Source of the DNA: Octopus sinensis
Lineage: Eukaryota
Length of the DNA: 64,000 bases
Assembly (NCBI RefSeq): GCF_006345805.1
Contig: NC_043011.1
Coordinates: 9,734,001-9,798,000 of the forward strand
Direction of reading: 5' to 3'
In this document: in pieces, positions 53,034 through 64,000 of the stretch
How positions within the stretch are numbered: the first letter of the stretch is position 1
How the letters are laid out: the number at the start of each line of letters is the position of its first letter
Notes under the pieces: generated by a model
Database searches by the model: none
What the model was told of the DNA's origin: nothing
The model's input: only the letters and a program-made list of their open reading frames with translations
Position numbers and translations under genes: made by a program

Positions 53034-53508
53034 CTTTTGATGTGAAGCTGGTTATACTTGTGAAGAAAATGACATGCAGCATAAAGCTGATACAGCAGAC
53101 ACAATGCTGGTGGTGGTGGTGGTGGTGGTGGTGGTGGTGGTAGTAGGAGGAGGAGGGTATTTTGTATATGTACTAGTAATGGTAACAATAATTCCTTGTA
53201 AAAAGTCCATACTTTTGACCCAGTAAATGACCGGTACTTTATCTGATCAACATTAGTATTTGTGCTGCCAATAATGATTGCTTTTAGTTTAGGCAAAAGG
53301 TCAGCACTTTGGAAGGTGGGAAGTTAGTTAATACTTTCAACACCGTTCTTGACCAGTTCTTAGTTTTATTGACTCTGAAAAGATGGAACTCAAAGTTGAC
53401 ATCTGCAGAGTTTGAACTCAGAATGTGGAAACCTGGAACAAATACTGCTGACAATCTAACAATTCTACCAATCCATACATCACCATGTTGATGATGATGA
53501 TGATGATG

Positions 53509-53584
<76 letters not shown>

Positions 53585-53634
53585 TAATAAACCAAATCCC
53601 AAAACAAAAAATAATAATAAAGATAATAATATTG

Positions 53635-53822
53635 CCCTCTATTATAAGTAGAAGGCCTGAAATTTTGGGAGAGGAGGTTAATCAATGACATTGACTCCAA
53701 TGTTTGAATGGTACTTATTCTATTGACCTGCACAGGATAAGTTGACCTTGGCAGAATTTGAACTGAAAGCATAAAGCCAAAAAAATGGCATGAAGCTTTC
53801 CTGGCATGTCAACAATTCTGCT
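53635..53822 (-). mobile_element. Nin/Deu-domain SINE
   Basis: Family similarity; follows a long (AAT)n tract. Confidence 0.75.
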
Positions 53823-54827
53823 TTGTGCACTTTATCCACAAAGGCTTGCCACCATCACCATCACCACCTGAAATAATTGAAGTTACTTACAGAATCAGAA
53901 ATGAAAAAAATAAAAAATAAAAAATATATAACATGAATGGGTGTGGGGAGGGGGTGAAGTAGGGGTGAAAGGTGATGGGAAGCAAGAAGGGGGAGGGTGG
54001 TCGGGAGGAAATTTTGATTTGATAGACTGTCAGTTCCAAAATGTATTAGAATCCATCATATGGGAAGAAAGCTGTATTCTTTAGTTGAGTGAATATTGAT
54101 CAGGTGACAGCGTAAGAAAAGAATGGTATTTAGTTAGCAATATTTAGCACTTGTATGTAATGGTGAGTTTAAATGGTAGATATAAACACATGGCTGCAGA
54201 GTGGAAGAGAGCAAAAATATATTTAAAATAATAGGAAGATAAGAAATAGAAGAAGAGAAGGAAAATTAGAGGAATTGCCCGAAAAGAAGGACCAAATAAT
54301 AAAAAAAAGCCAAATTAAAGAAAAGAAAGTTAAGCTAAGGAATAGAAAGCGATTAAACAACTGCATGATTGGTGTGAAATTAATTAGCAGAATTTCATAA
54401 ACCTAGTTGTAATATGTGTCAGTTGAAAAGTAGAATACAATATGTTTAATCAGCTGTATTCTACGGGGGTACCGTCTCTCATTTGCCTGAACTTGGACAG
54501 AGGAAATACAGACCTGGGTAAGATAGGAACTCAGAAAGGAATGTAATCAAATACCACAAGGTATTTTGTCCAGCATTCTAGCAAGTCTGCTAACCCTTAT
54601 ACCTCCCACCCCCACCAATATTTTGTGAGGCACATATTTTTAACGATCTTGTGAAAGTCAAGTTGTTTGGTTTTTGGCATAAATAATATAACACAACAAA
54701 CGCACAATTCTACTAAGGGCCTTCCAAGTTTGATGCATCATTCTTTTGAGCCTACGCATGTCCTCCGCAGTCGTTTTTGTATTTAGCTCAACCCAGACAC
54801 AATAATATACATACATATATATATATA

Positions 54828-55138
54828 TGTTGTTGCAAAGTGGGTTCCTCCCACTGGTGTCATGTGTGACTGCTGTTGTACTGCAATTGCTCTTTTATGC
54901 TAGTAGCCACAATAATTACTAGTCATCAGATACCATTGTATCTCTTCCTACTAGAATAGTCATTCACTAACTTCTCCTGTCTTACTATCGCTGAGAGCTC
55001 CACAAGACACCAACTAGAACTGTTGACTCTCAACCCTTCGATTCTCGATCCTCTCTTGACGACCGGCTACTGGTCTATTTGTAATGGCTGATCCTACCAC
55101 TTTTTACTGGGAGGGGTATACAGTTTTACTATACAACA
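54828..55138. mobile_element. Possible solo LTR
   Basis: 311-bp unique block bounded by TGTTGT...ACAACA between microsatellites; no target duplication visible. Confidence 0.25.
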
Positions 55139-55143
55139 CAGAG

Positions 55144-55180
<37 letters not shown>

Positions 55181-55181
<1 letters not shown>

Positions 55182-55413
55182 CATTGCTATTATGCAAAAG
55201 TGCTGTAAGTCAAAAACATTACTTTTTCAGGAAACAAAAAAATAGTTTCACCATTCCATAGCAAAACCGCTGTACTGTACTTGGACAATTTTTGATATCT
55301 TGGAGATATGACAACTTGACCCAAAGAAACGGCTATTGCAAGCAAAAGTAAGTATTCAAAAAGATGCATTTGACCAAATTAGGACATATGACAGATTAGC
55401 ATAATAGCAACGA
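55181..55413. mobile_element. MITE-like element (~233 bp)
   Basis: Terminal inverted repeats TCATTGCTATTATGC / GCATAATAGCAACGA (14/15), TA on both sides. Confidence 0.7.
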
Positions 55414-55439
55414 TATATATATATATATATATTGAAAGA

Positions 55440-55631
55440 GAGGTACCACATAAAAAGTACCCAGTACACTCTGTGGAATGGTTGGTGTTAGGAAGGGCAT
55501 CCAGCCACAGAAACCAAGCGAAAACAGACTATGGAACCTGATGTAGCCCCTGGCCTTGCCAGTTCCTGTCAAACCGTCCAACCCATGCCAGCATGGAAAA
55601 GGGACGTTAAACAATAATGAAGATGATGATA
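55440..55631 (+). mobile_element. RTE-type 3' tail fragment
   Basis: GGTGTTAGGAAGGGCATCCAGCC..AACCCATGCCAGCATGGAAAAGGGACGTTAAAC. Confidence 0.85.
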
Positions 55632-58600
55632 TATGCATATAATATATATATATTTATATATACATAGATTCAGATGAATTAGGTACTTAAGTTGAATCAC
55701 CAAAAATTGTCCATGCAACTTCAAAATAAGGTGAATAAAATCAAAATAAGCAATAATCAACTCTGAATATCCTGTAGCTTAGTTTGATTATATAGTTGCT
55801 GTGTTGTGACCTTGAACTAGAAACCCCATGGTCACAAAGCGGTCTTGTTAAACACAAAGCCACAACTATAAATTTCAACAGCAGAAGAGACTTTGTGCAT
55901 AACTAAAACAGAATAGATCTGTTTCATTGATATTTTGAGAAGAGATTTTTAACTTTGAGTTGCTTTATGATGGAATCAATAGAAGAAGTATTTTCATTTC
56001 TGGCTTTTGTGACTTGCATTCATCAAACATAAAAGACACACAACAATGCTGTTGGTTGATTCCTTTTCAAGGAAACTGGACAAACTGGCATGGGCCAGGC
56101 AAAAGTATAACTCTTTGTCCATTTGTCAATGAAGCAATGGAGTGGTGGTCATAATTCAGTGGTCAAAAAAAGTCAGCAATGGGAGGAAATATATTGACAA
56201 TAAAAAAAAAAAAAAGCAAAGATCGAAACACTTCCTGGTTTGATATGTTTGACAATAGAATTGGTTGGAATGGGACATAGTTGCATGATGTGGTGAGTGG
56301 AGGTTGCAAGGCTATAAAGGGATGGAGCGCATTCAGGGAAGCAACAGCGCCAGGAAGTGTGTTGACAACGGTGAATGGCTGTTGGTGGTGATTGGACTGA
56401 ATTTAGTGGTTGTTTTGTTGACTCCTTCAGATATAATACGGAATGGGACAAAGAGAGAGAGAAGGGTTAGGGTACAGAGGAGAGGAGGTGGGAGTGCAAA
56501 AAGAAATGAAAAGAAACAATAAAGACCTGTCATTCAATAGAAATTACAGAAAGTGGAGCCATTTTATGTTATATGCACACACACACACACACGCGTGCGC
56601 ACACACACACACAGTCCTTATCATCATTGTTGGCTTTACCATGCTAGCATGGATTGGACAGGTTATACAGACACTCACTCTCTGTGTAGATACAAACATA
56701 TATATATTTGTGTTCCTATTTCAAGATACCAAGTGTATGTGTGTAAGAAATTTCCTATGAAATTGCTGCAGGAAAATTGCCCGGCAGACTTTTAGTAAAG
56801 GCAATATATCCAACCAACAATTTCCCAATTAGTAAATTTGCCTTGAAGCAATTAAGCAATTAACAATCCGCCAATGGTAATTTATTAATTAATGTCAGGA
56901 TTTCAATAAAAGATTGAAAAATAACAAGGAAACTTTAATCAAAATAAAAAAATTATGTTTAAAAATGCAAATTTTAAAAAGATTTCTAAAGCAAGATGTT
57001 ATGAATGAAACTTGTTCAGTATGGAATGGTAAATCTGTTTGACTTTTAATCTACCACAAGACTTTTTATTCTGGCAATGCTGTGATATTTTCTTCTTGCT
57101 TAAGGAAGTTCTTGTTAAATGGAGAATTTCTCTCCATGACTTTTCTACACACCTTAAACTGAATATCAATTCCACATGAAGGAACTCACCAAACTGCCAC
57201 AGTCAGCAACCCACTTGTCTATCTTTCATCGCACAGCATATCTAGTGTACCTGTTAGTGTACTCTAGAGGTACTCTTTGGAATTCCTGCTTATTTATCTG
57301 TTCACTGAATGTGGCCACCCTCCAACACAGCAATGGAAAAAGTTTTCTTTCATTACAAACTGAAAGTTTAAGTTCACTTTGCTGCAACCAGCCATTTTAG
57401 GTTTTTGCTTCTCTGGAATTTCTTCTCAATTTGTGTGCTGAGGTCTATATAATAAATGATCAATGAAGTAAATTTATTGATTTCTAGCTTTGAATTTTGG
57501 TCATGCTGCAGGAACACTTTTATTATAGGGGATTCTGGTTCTTATTTTATTGGCCCCAGAAAGAAAAAAAAAAATAATAATAAAATCGACCAGGTTGGGT
57601 TTTAAACACAGAATGTAAAGGGACATCACTAAATAGCACAAATTATTTTGTCTGATGCTCCACCAACTATATACCCTTTAGCCATGTAAGAGACTCTGTC
57701 AAGACTCCTGACTCAGGAATCCTCCAAACATGGCGGATTATCAAAAGATAGACTATTTGGATCTGGATCACAGAAATCTTTTACATTTTTCTAGAAACTT
57801 CTAAGTTCTGACTGAATCAATTCACACTGACAACAAAAACCAAATAAAAACAGCAAAAATTAAAACAATTCTTAAAATTACTCTAAAATTGATTTATTTT
57901 TCAGTAAAATTATTGATTTTCCTTGGCCATTTTAAAAACAAGAATTAAATTATCTGTTAATATTTTTTTTGTTTTCAGAAATAACAGTTTGTCGAATTTC
58001 AAGTTTGGCATAACCCAATAATTCTACCATTAAGTACCCTAAATGCAATTTCTGTTGACTAGTTTTACCAATGGTAACTAGATTAAGGGTGGGAGGTACA
58101 ACAATAACCAGGTACAACCTGATGTGAAAAGGGAGCTTAATAAAGCGAAATAGTTTTGTCTGGAATGGAGATGAGAAGAGGAGATGACCGAGACGACGGA
58201 AATAAATATGACCGTGGGGGGGGGGTATAGAAGCAGATAAAGTGATGATGATGATGATGATGATACAAGTTTGGTTTTGATATTTATGTTGTCTCAGTCA
58301 TTCCATTTAAGTTGCACATAACCCCCAGATTGTGTGTGAGCATGTTTGTGTGTGGTAGTTGCTACTTTGTCTGTGTAAGAGTGTGTGTGTGTGTGTGTGT
58401 GTTTACACTCAGCGTATTGTAGGGTTTCCATTATCACAACAGACAATGAACATTTTACTTCAAACCTGAAATACCTGACATATTGTTCCATATTTACACA
58501 GAACAACTGGTCGGGTGGAGACAAAGCAATGATTTCCATCAACAAAATTAAGCTGAGGGAGAGAAACCATTCCACTTTGGTAAAAGTCCAATCAATTATG

Positions 58601-60197
58601 ATGCCAATTCCAAAAAACCACAACATCCAAATATCTTTCTTTTTTATCTTTTGAAAATATATTTGGAATTTATTTTGCTATTTTCTTGTTTTATTATAAA
58701 AATTCTCCCACCATCAAGGGATTAGACAATAAAAACAACAACAACAACACTAAATGTTTAACTTCATAATTGGAGTGCATGTGTGTGTATGTGTGTGTTG
58801 TGTGTATGTGTGTGTGTGTGTACGTGTGTGTTGTGTGTATGTGTGTGTGTGTGCGTAATACATTAACACACATGAAGTCACATTGCCAACAGACAACCGA
58901 CCATTCCATATCCTCAATCTACAAAACAAGATGTATTTCCGCAAGATCAGTTGACGGAATGGAGAGCGAATGCAACATGGAAATTGGTCTTATTAATGGA
59001 GGAGAGAGTTAAATAAATAGCAGCAGATACTCACTCTGAGTTATTAGCAATACTCACTCTCCGGTGTGAGTGATACACACACTGAGTATGAGTGAGAGCT
59101 TGGTTCAAATTATGGAGGTCAACATAAATTAAGGGGAAATAACAATTTAGATGAAAATTATATCCATTTCCAGGAGATGCTATTGAGGGATCTTTAAAAC
59201 AACCGGGACCCCCTCCACCCACCTTATCAGCTCTAAACATTTTGATTGTCAGAAGAAGACAACAAAAATTTCCAAAAATATTTTCAAAAGAGAAAAAAAA
59301 TAAAATAAAATATTTGGATGCTGAAGGATTTTGTAACTAATTGGATTCTTACTAAAGTGGAATGGTTCCTTTCAGATTCATCTTAAAGAAAGAAATCTCG
59401 GCTGTGTCTCTACCAGCCTCACCACTCACACCATCACCATCACCACTAATCAAGTCTTTTTTTATTGCCACAAGATATTGTAACCTTGAGGGAGCCACTT
59501 TGTAGTCATCTGATCTGTTAGAAATAGCAACCAAATCTCCTTCAAATGAGACCATTATCTGAGAATGTGGTCTTAAGGTTCCTTTTACATACAAAAAAAA
59601 AAAGACTGGATGGTTATGGCTGGAATGTCTGTGAGCCTGGGTCTGTGTGATCAGAGCTGACTTCAGTAAAACATCAACTGCAATCCTAAAAAAATATTTG
59701 AGGCTACAGAAATAGGACTATATTCTCCAGCTGTTTCATTAGAGACTTTAATTATTAAGAAGTAATTAACCACCATCATTACTGCATCAGACTGACTTCC
59801 ACACCTACAACAACACCTCAATTATCTTTGACATTTTCAGGTGTGGGTGTTTGCATGCACATGTGTGTGTGTGTGTGTGTGTGTGTACATACACCCACAA
59901 AGTTAGAGATACTTCTTAAAAATATAATCCTTTTCCAATCAGATTAAGGCTGATTAGCTGGCCAGTGGCTAGCTAATCAATAATAATAATAATGACATCT
60001 AACTGAAACACAAGACCACAACTTTGAAGGTGGGATACTTACATGGTACTTGCCTTATTGACCTTGGAATCAGGTAAAGTTGATCTTAGCAGGCTTTGAA
60101 CTTAAATTGTAAAAGACATGAAACTAAATATGGTTCCAAGCAGCACCCTTTGATGGTGGTGGTGGTGGTGGTGGTGGTGGTGGTGGTAGTAGTAGTA

Positions 60198-60395
60198 AAA
60201 ATATAAAGATTTGTTGATTGAAATTGATAAAATGTGGCATCTCATGGTGGTTACAATACCAGTAATTGTAGGAGCACCAGAATGGTCAAGAAAGGAACTG
60301 AAAATTATTTGAGAATAATCCCTGGCTTACCATCTCTGTGAGAAGTGCAAAAGATTCTTTTAACTGGTACTTCACAAATATTGAGAAGTGCAGTG
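60198..60395 (+). mobile_element. R4/Dong-like C-terminal fragment
   Basis: KYKDLLIEIDKMW..TIPVIVGA..EVQKILLTGTSQILRS. Confidence 0.75.
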
Positions 60396-60491
60396 ATAAC
60401 CTCCCACGTAAATGAAATCAACCTCAGCAGAATTTGAACTCAAAACGTAAGGATGGATGAAAGACCGCTAAGCATTTTGTCTGGCAGCTCA

Positions 60492-60722
60492 CCACCAATT
60501 ATCGTTGGGTTCTTGGGGACAGCATCAGAAGGCATCAAGAGAAATATAAAGGAGATCAGAATAGAGTTCCCAATAGAACTGTTACAAAATGCTTTCCTCT
60601 TTGGCATGGCCAGAATAATCAGGAAAGTAGATGGTTGAAAAGAAGAGACAGCAGGGTACCATAGGCTGCTACACATGCAAGACGCTAGAAGTTTCAACAA
60701 AAGCTGGGATAAAAAGAATAAT
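60492..60722 (+). mobile_element. R4/Dong-like 3' end fragment
   Basis: Colinear with 63700-63950; ends in (AAT)n. Confidence 0.85.
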
Positions 60723-60725
60723 AAT

Positions 60726-60939
60726 GGTTTCAAATATTGGTACAAGGCCAGCAATTTTGGGGAGGAGGAGATAAGTCAATTACATCAACCCCAGTATTCA
60801 ACTGGTATTTATTTTATTGACTCCAAAAGGATGTAAGGGAAAGTCAACCCTGGCAGCATTTGAACTCCGAATGTAAAGATGGACAAAAGACCAGTCAGTA
60901 TTTTGTCCAGTTTGCTAAGGTTTCTGCCAGCACACTGCC

Positions 60940-60941
<2 letters not shown>
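60726..60941 (-). mobile_element. Nin/Deu-domain SINE
   Basis: Family similarity; (AAT)n on both sides. Confidence 0.82.
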
Positions 60942-60959
<18 letters not shown>

Positions 60960-60972
<13 letters not shown>

Positions 60973-62105
60973 ATATAATGATGCAGTACCAGGCAGTGGC
61001 TCTCATGGCTTCTGATCTTAACTGATTGGAACTGTTATCATGTACATTGTTTTGTCTTGGTATAAAAAGATGGGCTATAGAAAATATTCTGCTCAATACC
61101 ACAGATTTGCTGGTCAGTTGCTTGACTGTAACCTGTTGACCGTGTCTCTTGGTGGTTGATGATATGTGCATCTCTGATCACAAGCAAAAGTAGTGGGGGA
61201 GCATCATAGACAAGTGTTGAAAGGAATTCTTAGAGATTTGGATAATTCACCTTTGGAAACAAGGGTAGTTCGTTCAACATCCTTAAACAATCCTTATTCA
61301 GGGACCTTTTGAGCGGGATGGATTACTCGACCAGAAGAAAATTCTAACTGGGCCCCACCTGCAAGGTCATCTTGATATGAGATCATCATGTCGCGTACAT
61401 ATGGTTGTGATGCATGTACCTGGTGTACCCTTATCAGACGGGTAGCCATGATGAGTATACTGGTCTTCGTATATTTTACTCCAGTGTCACTTTGATGGCA
61501 TGCACTGCTGTCTCAATAATAATATAATAATAATAATGAATATAATGATGCAGTACCAGGCAGTGGCTCTCATGGCTTCTGATCTTAACTGATTGGAACT
61601 GTTATCATGTACATTGTTTTGTCTTGGTATAAAAAGATGGGCTATAGAAAATATTCTGCTCAATACCACAGATTTGCTGGTCAGTTGCTTGACTGTAACC
61701 TGTTGACCGTGTCTCTTGGTGGTTGATGATATGTGCATCTCTGATCACAAGCAAAAGTAGTGGGGGAGCATCATAGACAAGTGTTGAAAGGAATTCTTAG
61801 AGATTTGGATAATTCACCTTTGGAAACAAGGGTAGTTCGTTCAACATCCTTAAACAATCCTTATTCAGGGACCTTTTGAGCGGGATGGATTACTCGACCA
61901 GAAGAAAATTCTAACTGGGCCCCACCTGCAAGGTCATCTTGATATGAGATCATCATGTCGCGTACATATGGTTGTGATGCATGTACCTGGTGTACCCTTA
62001 TCAGACGGGTAGCCATGATGAGTATACTGGTCTTCGTATATTTTACTCCAGTGTCACTTTGATGGCATGCACTGCTGTCTCAATAATAATAATAATAATA
62101 ATAAT
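60960..62105. repeat. Tandem duplication (period 567 bp) of an unclassified ~545-bp element in (AAT)n
   Basis: GAATATAATGATGCAGTACC at 60971 and 61538; units look identical by eye apart from the AAT linker. Confidence 0.95.
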
Positions 62106-62339
62106 GGTTTCAAATTTTGGCACAATGCCAGCAAATGTGTGTGGAAGGTGGGACATAAGATCATTAGATCAATCCACAATATTCAACTGGCACTTATTTT
62201 ATCTACCTTAAAAAGGTGAAAGGCAAAGTTAACCTTGTAAGAAATTGAACTCGGAGCATAAGGATGGAGAAACTACTACTGAGCATTTTGTCTGGCATAA
62301 TAATGATTCAGCAGTTTCCTACTTCAATGATGATAATGA

Positions 62340-63950
62340 TGATTTGAGTGAACTACTACAGAATATAAATTTTGGGTATGATCTAGGAGAAGGTAAGGGA
62401 AAACTGAACCACTTGCTATTCGTGGACGACTTGAAGCTATTCACAAAAACTGAGGCAGAACTGGACAGCCTAGTCCAGTCTGTGCGGATTTTCTCCAATG
62501 ATATTAAGATGGAGTTTGGACTCTCGAAATGTGCTACGATGGTGATGAGACGAAGAAAGCTTGCCAAGACGGAAGGCATAGGGTTTCCAAGTGGTGAAAT
62601 GATGAAGGCAATTCAACCTCAATCTAGCAATATATACCTGGGAATACTTGAGGCAGATGGAATCAAACACCATGGCATGAAGGAAAACACAAAAAGAGAG
62701 TACCTGTGGCAGGTGAGAAAAATATTAGCTTCAAAGCTGACTGCCAGGAAAATAAATTCACCAATAAACTTGTGTGCAGTCACAGTAATTCGGTATGGTG
62801 CTGGAATTGTGAAGTGGACTGAGGAGGAGCTAAAGGGGATGAACAGGAAGTCTAGAAAGCTCCTAACGATGCATGAAGCCCATCATCCACATGCAGACAC
62901 TGATCGCTTATACACAAAGAGAGCAAAGGGATGAAGGGGACTGATAAGTGTGGAACTCGAGAGCTTAATGAGTTTCCTAACCTAAAGTAAGGAAACCTTG
63001 CTAGTGACAGGAACAAGGGAGTATTGCGAGTAGAGACAAAAAAGGGAAATCAAAGGAAAAAGTCTGAAAAGGACATGAAGAAGAATTACACAAGATGGGA
63101 CTACACAATCAATTCCATGTTGCCACAGCAGAAGTCGCTGGAAAGAATGGGTGAGATTGGCTGATGAAGGGAACTCTAAAAAAAGAGACTGAGAGCATTA
63201 TATTGGCAGCACAAGACCAAGCTTTGGCTACAAATGGGAGGGTCAACTTTAGGAATGAGCAAGAGTCTCTGCTGTGCTGCATCTGTAATAGAGTGGGTGA
63301 AACCATTGCCCATATCACAAACAAATGCCCTGGACTTGCCCCAAACAACTTGCCCCAAACAAGTTGTGGCAACATGACCAGGTAGTAAAATGTTACACTG
63401 AAAACTGTGCAAAAAGTGGGGGTTAGAGGGGGGCAACATGTGGTGTGAGCACAAACTGCGGAGAGTGACGGAGTTGGAGACTAGCAAAATCCTCAGGGAT
63501 TTCCCAATCCAAACAGATCAGGTGCTAAAGCATAACAGACCGGACCTTGTGGTGGTGGTGGACAAGGTGCACCACATATGCTATACAGTTGATGTTGCAT
63601 GTCCCTTTGACCCACAAATAGTTAAGAAGGAAGGTGAAAAGATAGATAGATACAACCCTCTTAGCCCGGCTATGGAAAACGAAAAAGGTAAAGATAGTGC
63701 CAATCATTGTTGGGTCCTTGGGAACAGTATCAGAAGGCATTAAGAGGAATATAAAGGAAATTGGAATAGAGCACCCCATAGAACTGTTACAAAAGGTCTG
63801 CCTCCTTGGCACAGCCAGAATAATCAGGAAAGTATTAGATAGCTGAAAAGACCGGATAGTATGGTACTGTAGGAAGTAAGCCTGCTATGCATGCAAAACC
63901 CCAGAAGCTCCAACAGAACCTGTGATAAAGAGAAATTAATTATAATAATA
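62340..63950 (+). mobile_element. 5'-truncated, decayed R4/Dong-like (RLE-type) non-LTR retrotransposon
   Basis: NHLLFVDDLKLF, MEFGLSKCA, KETESIILAAQDQALATN, CCICN..ETIAHI..C, RPDLVV..DVACPFD..KEGEKIDRY (restriction-like endonuclease); ends in (TAA)n. Confidence 0.88.
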
Positions 63951-64000
63951 ATACAGACTGATAGAGTAATAGAAGCTAGAAGACCTGATTTAGTAGTAAG

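Noticed and set aside
58294-58626. Hydrophobic 110-aa minus-strand ORF
   Set aside because: No homology recognised; overlaps an inverted repeat arm and runs into a dinucleotide repeat.
59951-59979. 29-nt hairpin TGATTAGCTGGCCA-G-TGGCTAGCTAATCA
   Set aside because: Short, isolated and without functional context.

Overview
AT-rich, microsatellite-dense eukaryotic DNA with no host protein-coding gene I can recognise, so probably intergenic or inside a large intron. The repeat complement (tRNA/CORE SINEs, Nin/Deu-domain SINEs, RTE LINEs with (GAT)n tails) suggests a coleoid cephalopod, probably Octopus (inference). All convincing coding sequence is transposon-derived: RTE and RTE-BovB-like, CR1/L2-group, Tx1/L1-like and R4/Dong-like retroelements, a Chapaev3-like DNA transposon with TTA target duplication, a mariner relic, non-autonomous Helitrons and a MITE. 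Most ORFs in the supplied track are microsatellite artefacts. The most interesting signals are non-coding. (1) A ~210-bp element between (TA)n tracts whose 5' end folds as a minimal type-I hammerhead ribozyme with a swapped G3-C8 core (GUGAACA); it has two complete copies (9457-9507 minus, 23486-23545 plus). (2) A 1.35-kb palindrome (8823-10173) made of two head-to-head Helitrons enclosing an inverted pair of that element. (3) A tandem array of covarying H-type pseudoknot plus hairpin units in the RTE 3' UTR. (4) A LINE and a SINE sharing a covarying 3' stem-loop. All RNA structures are predicted by eye and untested.
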